DNA of 63,121 nt, the filler included, from Olpidium bornovanus S191 (taxonomy: Eukaryota; Fungi; Olpidiomycota): the NCBI GenBank assembly GCA_017911155.1. It is 29 parts of 29 records of this genome, joined end to end, with 100 filler letters (N's around TTAATTAATTAA, not from the genome) between each part and the next. Parts side by side here need not be neighbours in the genome. Positions count along the whole stretch, not along the records: positions 22,385 to 24,340 come from JAEFCI010008786.1; positions 24,441 to 25,597 come from JAEFCI010007633.1; positions 25,698 to 28,634 come from JAEFCI010001651.1; positions 28,735 to 32,404 come from JAEFCI010000220.1; positions 32,505 to 34,278 come from JAEFCI010013044.1; positions 34,379 to 36,894 come from JAEFCI010006266.1; 23 more parts are not named here. The stretch is one strand, 5' to 3'. Position 1 is the first letter of the stretch; the number at the start of each line of letters is the position of its first letter. The notes beneath the pieces were generated by a model. That model ran no database searches. It saw only the letters and a list, made by a program, of their open reading frames with translations, and was not told the DNA's origin. Below, piece by piece: positions 22,966 to 34,469 of this stretch. A program made the translations under genes and the position numbers.

Positions 22966-24235
22966 ATGCAGGATGCGGTCCAGACAGAGCAGAATCGGGC
23001 CAGCCCTGTCATCAGGCAGCCGCAGGCTCTTCTGCAATCCCCGGCGACGCCTCCTTCTCGCAACATGTCTTTAACCTCCGATCTGCTTACAAGACCGCTG
23101 AGCGCCAGCAGGAACGGCCTAGGCTGCCTGACCTGCGGCCGCCCCGTGTACGTCCCACCTTCCTCCCCCGCGCTTTCCGCCTCCCGGAAGAAGAAGAAGA
23201 TGAAGGAAAAAAAAAAAAAAAAAAAAACGCCCCCTCCTTCTTCGCCCGTTCCGCGAACGGTTCCAGAAGCCCAACGGACCGGCGAGAAGCGAACCGCTGC
23301 TGCTCTGACCTCACAGGGGCACCCTTGTTTGTCGGCCCCAGTTATGCAGCAGAAGGCATCACAGTCGACGGTCAGCCTCTCCACAAATCCGTGAGTGGGT
23401 GACCGTGGCTTTGGCGTTCGGTGCTGGCGTTCGTCCCGTTGACCCAGCGGTGCGCTTCCCCTACACCTCTCTCCGGCAGTGCCTTCGGTGTGTGAAGTGC
23501 GGAAGGTCACTGCTCCTCACTTCTACGATCGTTCGACCGACCGGCGTGTACTGCCAGCAGCATGCTCCTGCCGAAGCGTCCATGTACAAGTACATCCGTC
23601 CGCTGACTTTGAACGGTGATTTGAAAGCGGGGAACTTGTCCATGTTCGAAGAAAAGCTGACGCGCAGACTGGAGGAAACCGACTGCGTTCGCCCCGACCC
23701 AAGCGATTCGCGACTGTTGCGAAAGCGACTTTCCGACCCTGACCTCTCCGAGTCGGCGCGGAGGGCCTTCGCCTCGGTGCTGGAGAATACGAACGGCCGA
23801 AGCGGTCACGACGTCGGCAGCTGTCTGCAGCCGACGAGCGCCGCGGACGCAGGGGTTCGAGCAACCGCGGGGAAAGGCTTTGCAGACAAGCAGGCGCAAC
23901 AGCCGAAACAGCCGCAGCAGCAGCCTCTTTTGCGCCCAGCGCCGCCGCCTCTGGTCAGAATCGAACGGCACACATCGCATACTCCAACCCTCGGGATGCG
24001 ACAAACGCCGGCGGGACCCGGCAAAAGTGGGGAAGGGGGCCCAGACCACGTACGCAGACATCAGCGGACGGCGACGGCGCCGGAGGACGGGCACGCCGGC
24101 CGAAGCCGCGACGACGCCGAGGTGACTGACGAGGAACGGCCAGGCGACTTCCTTAATCTATGCCTCGGTCTCTTCGACGGTTCTACTGAGGTTCGTGGTC
24201 GACTGGGGGGCATCCCCGCCAGTCAGAGAAGTTGA
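22966..24235 (+). CDS. LIM-domain protein (exons ..-23147, 23342-23390, 23480-~24190/24235)
   Basis: Splicing reconstructs CLTCGRPVYAAEGITVDGQPLHKSCLRCVKCGRSLLLTSTIVRPTGVYCQQH, a complete CRP-type LIM double zinc finger. Confidence 0.88.
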
Positions 24236-25904
24236 ATCCCGTGCCGGCGACTGGTCTGCCTGTCGAATCTGAGCAGAATGAGCGCGTTCTTAGTCCAGGA
24301 AGTCTGGCGAAAATTCTCAGGTCACTTCGACGATGGCATGNNNNNNNNNNNNNNNNNNNNNNNNNNNNNNNNNNNNNNNNNNNNTTAATTAATTAANNNN
24401 NNNNNNNNNNNNNNNNNNNNNNNNNNNNNNNNNNNNNNNNACCACGGTGCAGAAAATAAAGAAAGGGGGGGAGGGGGGGGGGTTGCAAGTCAAAGTGTCG
24501 CGGAGCCGGTAAACCACACCGGGCGCGCAATTGCAGCTACACTGCATTTGAAGCTGTCATGGCGGCTTTCCTCTCCTGGGATTCGGTTTCAAAATTTCAG
24601 CACAGCATCTCGGTGGACGCGCGTTCTCTCCGTTTCGCCGGTGAGGAGCTTTTCATCGGCGGTGTAGCTCGCTGGGATCAGGCAGTTCGCAGGATAAAGA
24701 GTTTCGGCTGGGGTTTGAATCCACAGTGCGCCCTTCGGCGCTCATCTATCGACGACGGACCAACTTTGGGAACGCCGCTTGTCGATGACGCCCACAATAT
24801 ATTGTTGTGTTGATTTTTTTTTCCGAACCTGTCCAGGACAAACGTCACCGTCCTGTCTCTGTCGCTGGCCTCGGTCACCGCTGCCCTTTGGGACAACCAC
24901 CTACCGCTTCGCCTATGTCCCCATTGAGAGTGCTTTTATGGCCCATTGAGTGGTTTTTGATTGCTCTGAAAATTGTCGCGTGCATCGGCTGACCTCTGCA
25001 GTCACTCGCTGGACTGATTCGTGAGCCGGTGGGCAATGTTTTGGTAGGCCCGTGGGCCTTCCCAGTTTGTGGGTGCCGGCCACCGTTCGCTTCGTCACCG
25101 GAAACTTAATGCAGCTTCACGCTTCCACATCGATCGCGTTACCGCTTGATTGTCTGCCGTTCTGATCGCTCCTTTACTGACCGTTCCGAACCTCCGCTCT
25201 TTCGCGCCCACTCGTCTGCTCACCACCCGCTCACTTTTTTCGCGCCGATAATTTCCGAGCTCGATCTGCCTTGTTGCTCGCTTTGCCTTGTAGTTCTCCC
25301 CACCCGCTAGTACGCTTTTCCTCCCGGGCAAGAAGAGGAGGACAAATTGTGTTTTTTATGCGGCTAGCTTTCTTTTAGGTAGTGCACTCGTTGATCGCAC
25401 GGGACGTTCTTCTTCCGCAAGCGGGGGAATTTTAGTGAAAACGCCTCGAGGAACACGATCAAGGGGCACGTCAAAATCATGCAGTGTGGCGGGGCAGGTG
25501 TGTATTGCACAGATAAATGGGAATCGGACTTACGGAAAAGCGGAATTCGGCGATTTGTCACAGTCCGCGACTCGTCCTTCCAAAATAGGATGGCAGANNN
25601 NNNNNNNNNNNNNNNNNNNNNNNNNNNNNNNNNNNNNNNNNTTAATTAATTAANNNNNNNNNNNNNNNNNNNNNNNNNNNNNNNNNNNNNNNNNNNNGGA
25701 AAAAATCGAAGTCGACGCGATCCGCGAAACACGGCTATATCACTGGTAACAGCAGCGCTCTGACACCTGGAAGGGGAAAAATAGCCAGCTTGGAACCTAG
25801 CGCTAATATTTCACCATGCGAGGGACGCCGCCCATTCCTTTCAACGATTATGCCGCTCTTGAGTTTGTCACCCGCCGTTTGGTCTCTCCCGGCCGTCATT
25901 AATC

Positions 25905-26385
25905 AAGCTGGTGGGTGGCGGGGGCGGGTGATGTGTGTCGCATCGTTTTTACCGTAGGCCCCCCCCCCCCCACACACCCCACTCGGTTCTCAAATAGAAC
26001 GAAAAACACCTTGCGTCTTTACAAACTTGCGAATATTGCAAATCTACGGATCCGGCAAATCTACGAATCCCGCAAATCTACGGATCCTGCAAATATGCGA
26101 ATCCCGCAGATCTGCGAATTCCGGCTCTGACTTTGGCTCCACGAACCTGCGTCTGCAAATCCCGCGAATCGGAATCTGCCAACTGTGGCTCCGGCTCGAC
26201 ATCCGCAATGTACGCAATGACGTACGCAACACAACGTATGCAGCGACGTACGCAACGTAATCAACGTATGCAACGTCCGCAACGTACATATTGTACGCAT
26301 CACCACACTTCACAGAAGATGACATCTGGCTACTTGGATCACACTGGCAGCTAATGAACACCCACACTGGCACATCCACCAGCTT
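25905..26385. mobile_element. MITE-like non-autonomous element with 13-bp terminal inverted repeats and subterminal repeat arrays
   Basis: AAGCTGGTGGGTG (25905) and CATCCACCAGCTT (26373-26385) match 12/13 as inverted repeats. Internal GCAAATCTACGG/AATC and ACGTACGCA arrays. No TSD found. Confidence 0.5.
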
Positions 26386-27426
26386 TGCTGTGCATCACTG
26401 TTTGCAAACGTAGCGTACGCTTGCCCTCCCCTCCCATCATCGCCTTTCTTTCCGTCTTTCCTTACAAGGCGTCGAGATTTCAGAGGTTCTGACGAACCGC
26501 TGCTTCTTCCAAAACCACAAATTCGCAGTTAATGTACTCAATGTACGACCTGGTTACCGTGATGTGCGGCGTGAGCATGACTTTTGATTCTACAAGCAAG
26601 GGTCACTATGTATAGGATGTGTATATCCCTGCACAGATCTTGCTCTTATTGACAGAGTGCCTCTGTAAAGAGAGATTTTACCTGGTGGAAATTCGTATGG
26701 CTCGTATTCTGGATGGACAGTGACTGTATGAAATTGCTGGAAAATTCTACGGTAACCTGTCATTTTTGGAACTGCCAGATTTGACACCAAGTTCGGTGAC
26801 GGATTCAAAGGTTGACCACCACGAGGCAGATGGGACAGCTGGATTTGACGCTGGATACGGCTGAGCCTAAAGCGGACCTCCCTCGCGCACCTGGGGGCGT
26901 AGCAAAACGTTCATGTCGCTGGGTGGGATAAAAATTAATTTCACGGGCGCGTCGCGTTAGTATTGGTCTGCGACGCGCACACGGCCGCGCCTGAGAAGGC
27001 CTGGAGGAAAGCGCGGCCGAGCAACGCGCCTTGCGCGATCTCGTGTCGTCGGACGCGCCGCAGCCTGCTGCCGTGTCGGTTCGGCGAAAGCACGCTGGAC
27101 GGAAGCGAGAAAGAGACGAACAGGCGGAGAACGCTGGCGCCGTCACGAAAACTCCAACGTCGCGGTGCCCGCGCGCCCCGCAACCTAGAGGAGACACACG
27201 GTTACATTTTAGAAGACGAAAAAACGCCTCTCCGCGCCCCCCCGCCGGCGAGAAAAGGAGAGTGCGCGCGGAGTGCGGCCTAAGAGAACGAGACGGAGAA
27301 AACGACGGGAAGCCGTCTCCGTAAAAGATAGAAGCGCGTTCGAATCAGTGCAGACCAGGTGACTTCGGCGTGCGACCTGGGTCCTGCCCTTCAACCCGCC
27401 GCCGGCAGCGTAATACAAACCGCAGA

Positions 27427-28634
27427 ATGCTCCCGGGTGCCTTTTTTCCCGCAGTCGTTCTGTTCGCGCTTGCATGGGAAGGCGCTGCCGGTGAGTTGTT
27501 TGCCCCATATGTTCGCGCGTTTTGCGTCGGGTCCCGCGCCGATTCCGCGGCGCACCGCCTCTGAAACCGCGGCCGCGCGCTAACGCCGAGAGCGGCGTTC
27601 ACAACCTTCCGCGCCCAGAAGCCGCGCCCCGGAAAACACTCCAGAAACGTTTCGCTTACCGGCGCCTTACGGTCGAAGCGGGCCGACTGGCCCACGCGCA
27701 GCTGACAGTCATGGACAACGACCCCACGCTCTTCGGATCCGTGTCCGGCGTCAACGGCTCAATTGTTACCCTCGTGCAGACCGACGTGCAGTTCCAGGCA
27801 TGGAAATCTGTCGCTGGTGAATTCGAGGACAGCGAAGCAGGCAGCGTTACGGCCTCGATCGGCGGCTTCAACCCCTGCTCGTGCGTGGAGCCCGTTCAGA
27901 CTTGCCGGCTCAACTGCACGTTCGAGGCGCAGGTTAATTACCTTTCCATCGTCAACTGGGAAGCCTGGGCTGTAGAGGTTAGTTTTCCACGTTTGCTCGA
28001 TGGGGTTTTCGTTTCCTCTTTCCCTTCTGTTCTTTTTGGCTTTTGGTGGCGACGAAAATGGCCCTTGCCCGGCAACGACGAGTGTCACCAATTATGACAC
28101 AGAGGGGCGTGTTCCCGCTGCACGGCGCGCGTGATCCGACGGTGCGCTATCCCTCGTGGGCCGCGGAAAGCCCGACGTGATTTGCGGATGGGTGGCCGTT
28201 CTTCATACTGCTTTCGTCCACTTCGCCCCCTCGCCATCGTTGCGGTCGTTTGTTGTGCGTCGTCGTACGCTTAATCTCTCCGGCCCGCCAGGTCGAACTC
28301 GTCCTTAACAACGTCCAGCAGGGCTCGGCAGAGCCGCCGGACGCCGGCGTTTCCGCTTTTCCGGCGGCGCCAACCGCCGCCTTCCCTGAGGGGCCGGCCG
28401 CCGCCGCGGAGGAGACGCCGGTGGAGGCGTTGACCGACGCGGGCGGCTCCGCCTTCCCCGCCGACACCGACGCTCCAGCTACGTTACTCGCGACAGGATC
28501 GACGCTCGAGATGCCTGCGGCGGATCCGACTGATGCAAACGCCGCCCTTACCTCGTCGCCCGTGCCAGCGCCGGAGACCCGTGCAGGCGCGCCGCCCGAC
28601 GCGGGCGCAACACTAAACACGCCTGGCCCCATGA
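27427..28634 (+). CDS. Secreted protein, 3' truncated (exons 27427-27490, 27619-~27978, ~28291-28634)
   Basis: Signal peptide MLPGAFFPAVVLFALAWEGAAEA|AP, KR dibasic site, globular Cys-containing region, then a P/A/T/E-rich tail. Intron phases are consistent. Confidence 0.75.
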
Positions 28635-29975
28635 NNNNNNNNNNNNNNNNNNNNNNNNNNNNNNNNNNNNNNNNNNNNTTAATTAATTAANNNNNNNNNN
28701 NNNNNNNNNNNNNNNNNNNNNNNNNNNNNNNNNNCATGATCAATTGTACGTATGATGATTCTCCCCGAAAATTCGTAGCTTTTCCGCATACGCGCAAGCA
28801 CCGCATCTGTTGATGCCGCCCGGCACTTTTCTGGATTGTCATTGGCGGTGTCGCGAACAGCTTCCAACCATCTGTGGACTGCAGCAGGTACGTGGCTCGG
28901 AGCGGCGGCGTGCGGGTGGATGGCCGACATCACGCAAGCCCAAAGAGCGCAGAAAATGTTTTGGCCGTGACCGGTGGATACAAAGTCATTGCGGCCCGTG
29001 CAGCATCAGGCACGTGGAATGAATAGGACGGGAGCACTTTTCAAACATTTCCGGAATTCTTACCGCCATAGAACCGCCCGGGGTGCCGATCTAGGAGTTT
29101 GCCAGATCCAAAAAATGCGACACCTGCACACTCCCGGACGTCAACAACGGTTTTCGAAGCACAAGACTGCAACCTGGCCCGACGCATCTCGTAGACTTTG
29201 GCGGCCGCATAAGAGACAGACGCAGCTGCTAACAAAGCTCCAACAAGTCGAGTAAGGACGCCGGTCGTTTTCTCTCGCAGGTCCTCGATAAAGCGTCCAT
29301 ATGGGGTCTGGAGTCCTCGGCTTATCCTATCGGACGAAAACGACAGGCTGCCTGGACTGCTCGGTGATGTCGGCCAGCCGCTCCCAGTTTTCGGTGTTCC
29401 GGTGGTTGCTGTCTGCCAACCTATGCAGCACTGCTCGCAGGTCAGCCACCGCGACCCTCCAGCTACTGTACTCGCATTCTCCGTGCGGAATGTGATCCTC
29501 ATCGATGATCAGGGTCAAGTCCAGGGCGGTGTGGATGGTTTCGTCCGTGCAAGTGTAGTGACTGCCGGACAGGACCTCTCTGTATACTCGTCAGCACAAT
29601 CGCGTTTATCTCCGCTATGCTCATCGCCGGCGGCAGTTGGCGGTGCAATTCCTTGAGCAGAGACAGCCCGCCGGGCCAGGCGGTAGCCCTCGTGGCGGGA
29701 GTGCTGGGTCGGATGGGGCGGGACAGAGGCGCCCGCTGGTTCCGGGAGTTGACCACAAACCGTTCGCGCATCAGTCGAGGTCGCACCCGGGCCGCCAAAC
29801 GCACGCTAAAGCCTTGTGGCACACGCAAACTCCTGGAGATGATTGACAATTAACTATGCACTCCACCATAATAACAATAACCCCCCTACCTCCCATAGGG
29901 ACAATCAAGGACAGACAGCCTGAAAAAGCAGCGGAAATTATAATAACAACCAGCAATTCATCTCACCACCGAACG

Positions 29976-30047
29976 CCCCTGATGGTCTAGTGGTATGATT
30001 CCTCGTTCGGGTCGAGGAGGTCTCCGGTTCGATCCCGGATCAGGGCC
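29976..30047 (+). tRNA. trnP-CGG: tRNA-Pro (anticodon CGG)
   Basis: TGGTCTAGTGGTATGATT A-box, CCTCG-TTCGGGT-CGAGG anticodon arm, TCCGG-TTCGATC-CCGGA T arm, C73, then TTTTTT terminator. C1:C72 mismatch. Confidence 0.93.
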
Positions 30048-31924
30048 CACTTTTTTATGTGGCTAATGCACTTCCTTTTTTTACAAAGGATCCGAAATGC
30101 TGACCTCTTTTTCCTTCATGCTGAATCTGCGAAGAGCATGCTAAATTCTGAACTACAGAAAGGTGGGGTTTTTTATGTATTACACCAAAGATGTTTTTAA
30201 ATGAAAAGAGGGGGGGGGAAAAGATGGCGACGAATAATAGCCAATTAAACTAATTATTTCATCTTGCCCTTCTCATCGGACGTTCACGGTCATTGCAGCA
30301 TCCTTCGGCCGGCTGTTGGCGTTTCGTCGTTCGTCGCACGGAAAGGCCCGAAAAAAAAAAGTTCCGGCTGGGGTCGCCAGGCCGGCTGACAAGACGGCGG
30401 CACCTGCGACGGCTGCTGTCGCTGCGGGGCGCGTGGTCGAAGGTGGCAGGCGGTAAACGAAGCGGCATCGGCGTAGTTTGCCAGCTGTTCCGATGTCCGC
30501 CGCCTTCCGATGTGGCGGAAAATGCCCCAGTCCATCCGCGAAAGAAAAACCAGAGGGCGCAGCAACAATACTGTTGCACATAATCACGTGCTTTTTTCTA
30601 AAGGTAAGCACTCCACCACACTGCCGGAGACCGTCTCTCTCGACAGTCCCCAAAAGAACCAGTACGAGGAAGAGTTGAACCGTAGAGGTGCAACCAGTTG
30701 TCATCCTCCATCGTTGCCTCTCTCCAAACGTTATGAGCCTAAAACTTCAAAAGACGCTCCTTGGAGCGCACTTTCTCCGCTGTGCGAGTCGTTGTCGCTG
30801 GTTCCCTTTTTTTTTTTTTTTTCCAAACGCTCCTCGGAGCGCACTTCTTCCGCGGCGCGAATCTCCGTCGCTGGAGTCCTCTTCCCCGAACTTACCCACG
30901 TCGAAGGTAAGTACCGCAGACGACCTAAACGTACGGCACACTAGAGGAACTGTAACACGGGAAGTACGCAATCTGCGCTCTGCGCTATTTGGAGATTCGT
31001 ATTTACGAGTTCTAGCTCCGGGTCTGGGTCTGCATGGCGCGAAGGCAACGCTATAGCAGTATTTTATGGGCAGTTGTAGGCAGACACCGGGAATGGAGGG
31101 GAGCGGCAAAATTCCTTAAACAACTCTCCTAATTCCAATTCCCCTCGCTGAGTTTCCACAGCCGCTCGCCTGATGAGCTCCTCGATCGGTCCGCTTTCTC
31201 TCTCTCTCTACCCCTTCCGCTCTCTCTCGTCTGCTCCTCTGCTCCTTCGCCTGCCCTTCGTCCTTTCGCGCTTCCTTCGTCTGTCCGTTCAAGCGTTCGC
31301 TCCGATTCTTGCCTCCTCTGCATTCTACGTTCGCTTTCGGGGTATGGGGAACGGTGCGGCCTATCTCGCACGCGTTGGGGGGGGGTATAGCTCTCGTACG
31401 GGCGGGAAACAAAGAAAGTGTTAAGGGAGGCCCACGACGGGCCACGTGTTAAGAGAGGCGGACACGGAGTGGATTCCTGAGCCGGCATTTCGGAGTTTGG
31501 GCAATAGATTTTGGAGTCACCCTAGCAGACCCTTCCGCCCTCTCCCCGCGGTCGTGTCATGGTGTGGGTCTTGGTAGTGCGCCTGCGTGGCGAGTGTGCT
31601 GGGTGAGCCCGTTAGGGTGAAACCCAGTGTCTGCCGTGATGAACGTCTGTCTGTCCGTCTGTCATTCTTCCCAGCCGGTCACATCACAGGCCTGAGGCTT
31701 TCGACCTCGGCTCAATCAGAAGCCTTCTTAAAACCTTCCAACCTACGTGGTCCGAATGGCTCGCCCAGCGCTGTTGGTGAGCCGCAGGCGAGTCGCAGCT
31801 CAATCAGGCTGTAAGGCCCTGGTACTGGCCGCTGGCTCGAAGAATATTCCAATGGGGAATTCTCCGAGGGCAGCGCCGCCACGTTGGTGTTGATATACCA
31901 CGTCGGCGGCTCCACTTACGCATC

Positions 31925-32285
31925 ACTGGTTTTGGATCTTGGTCTGGATAGTCATGTGATCGGCAACCAAATGCACCAGCGCACCCAGGCGCATCAACAG
32001 TGTTGTCTAGTGGTCTGCGGAACCCGATGACACCACGTGCTTCACACAGAGGCGCACCCGCCGCAGCCACTGACTGGTCTTGGCGCGGTCACGAGAGAAT
32101 GACATCACGCGACAGCAGACGCACTCATGCGGCAGCTTGCTCTGGCGGTTTGGCGCAACCATGACATCACGTGACCGGCACAGCGGACTGGTAACGGCCG
32201 CGTTATCTTGGGTGCAATCATGGCGTCACGTGATTGAACGGTTTGGCGGTCCGCAGGGAAGAGGTTTGACGGCGCAGCCGTGACA
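31925..32285 (-). mobile_element. LTR-like segment beginning TGTCACGG, related to the LTR at 45808-46008
   Basis: Shared blocks GGTTTGACG..GCCGTGACA, GTCTAGTGGTCT and TCTGGA..GTCA(C/T)GTGAT. An alternative left boundary is the TGTCA at 31555. Confidence 0.5.
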
Positions 32286-32803
32286 TGTACCCAGCGCCTA
32301 ATAAAAGGGTCACGGAAATCTTTTAATGGACATTTTTTTTTAAAAAAAAACGTAAAATTGCTTGGCAATTGGAGTAAGCCAGAGTGTTAAATTGCTTGAT
32401 AGCCNNNNNNNNNNNNNNNNNNNNNNNNNNNNNNNNNNNNNNNNNNNNTTAATTAATTAANNNNNNNNNNNNNNNNNNNNNNNNNNNNNNNNNNNNNNNN
32501 NNNNAATCACCGCCTGGGATGGCAGGTGTAAACGGGAGGGACTTCTCCCCGTAGAAACGATCCTGGAGGGACTTCTCCCCGTAGGAATGATCCTGGAGAA
32601 ACCGGGTCTGAAAGTGGATGGCATGTGTCATTCCAATATTATGTACGCTCGGCTTGCTCTCGTCGATCTCGCGCTCCGACTTTTGGCTGGTGTACGGACG
32701 GCGAGCGCGCGCGCGCGCGCTTCCCGAAATCCTTCTCAACCGAACCCCCTGTTCCGACACAGGCGACCAAAGCGTGTGCGGAACGCGCACAAAAACCGGC
32801 TCT

Positions 32804-34110
32804 TCACGCGCTCTGTAGCTGCAGAAGACCGACCTCCATTAGCTTTCGAAGTTTCTGGCGGACGTCGGCGTCGGGATGCTTGAGGTACCTGGAAAGGAAT
32901 TTTGACCGGCATCACCGGCGCGCCGTCCACGCTTCCCCGCGGGGGGCGAGGTTAGCGCGACAAAAAAGGGACAGGGATCCGCACCTTGACGCGGTCTGTG
33001 GGTTTTTGAGTATCTCCGCGAAAATCGCGGCAAATTTCGGGTCGCGGAGCGCCGACTTCGCCTCTGGGTCGGCCAGAACGCGCTTTGGGCCGGGGAGGGG
33101 AGCGGGAAAAGGAAGGAGGAAGGGGGGGGGGGGGGGTTGGGGGTTGGGGGGGGGGGGAAAAGGGGAAGCAGGCAAGTCCGTCATGAGCGAGGCACGGTAC
33201 TTCACCATCGACTGTTGGGCAGCGCCTGCAATTCTCAGATGAAGGGACCACCTTAACCAGCTCCTGCTCGTGCGGCTGCAAGCCATCCGGCAATTCGGCC
33301 GGAACTCTGTCCAGCTCGCCCAGACGATTTCCGAGGAGACCCGAATATTCCCGCAGAGGGCCGATGATGTCAGGCCGGCTCCCGAACTTCGCCAGCGCAC
33401 GCTTCGGGTCTTTGGCGAACATCTCCAGCGCGGCGCGGAACTCCGGCGACTTCATCGCCTTCGTCAGTGCCGGGTTGTTGACGACGCGCGAGACGAAATC
33501 CTCGCTCATGATTGCTGTGCGGTCCGAAAAAAAAAAATATATAAAACAGAGTCGGGGGCGGCCGGTAAACCGAATTGACCGCGCTGCGGGGGGGCCGTGG
33601 GGGAGGGGGGGGGGGGGATGGGGGGGGCGGGGGGGGGGGGGGGGGGGGGGGACTGTAGAGGGCCGGGAAGTGGGCGCGCCCCGCGCTGCCCGCGCCCGCG
33701 GCAAAAAAAAAAGAACCCCGCCCCCGAGAGAGGATTTACCTTCGTTCAGGAGCCCCGCGGGGCCGCTTTCCCTCATCGCGTCCTGAACGTCTCGGAAGCG
33801 CAGCGACTCGTCCCTCGCCTGCAGCGGCCGAACGGTCTCGATCTCTTTGTCGCCGGCCGGCGCCGACCGGACCTCGCCCTTCGGCGTCACGCGCGGGCGC
33901 GCGGCGGTCAAAAACCCTTTCTTGAACCCGAACGTCGGCGCCGCGCTTCCGGGCGCTCCCGCCGCCGGCGGGCCGGCCGCAGCCCGGCGCCGCTGTCGTT
34001 CCGCGCCCGTCAGCAGGGACTCGGTGTCCACCGTTTTCCTGACCCCGGTGCTTTCCGCGGGTTGCGGCCGCGCCGAAGGTTTCCCGGAGCGATCGCCTGC
34101 CTGACCTGTA
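32804..34110 (-). CDS. STI1/HOP DP-domain protein with GFKKGFL motif, multi-exon, 5' truncated
   Basis: Two DP-like domains: VVNNPALTKAMKSPEFRAALEMFAKDP, and LADPEAKSALRDPKFAAIFAEILKNPQTASR|YLKHPDADVRQKLRKLMEVGLL. Confidence 0.75.
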
Positions 34111-34223
34111 GCCGCGAAAAAGTGCCATGGAACGGAGCCCGTTGCGATCATCCGGAGATCTCAGGACCGTCCTGCAACTATGTTGTTCTCACGGGCGAAG
34201 GAGCAGGGAGAGGAAGTGTGGGT

Positions 34224-34266
<43 letters not shown>

Positions 34267-34469
34267 CGGGGGGTGGGCNNNNNNNNNNNNNNNNNNNNNN
34301 NNNNNNNNNNNNNNNNNNNNNNTTAATTAATTAANNNNNNNNNNNNNNNNNNNNNNNNNNNNNNNNNNNNNNNNNNNNAAAAAAAAAACATTCTTCTTTT
34401 CGGGCGGGGCACCAACTCGGCACGAGGCCCTCCTGCGGCAAAGGAAAAAGAAAAGCCCCCCCAGCTTAC

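Noticed and set aside
28735-29850. Frameshifted ORFs with Pif1/Helitron-like hints (FFGSGK, PPMTIQKSAG)
   Set aside because: The motifs are too weak and incomplete to call.
30550-30915. Possible small exons (NNTVAHNHVLFSKG; GVLFPELTHVEG) and opposing GTAAGT donors on both strands
   Set aside because: I could not build a consistent gene model.
32538-32597. 30-bp imperfect direct repeat downstream of the STI1 gene
   Set aside because: Only two copies, with no further structure.
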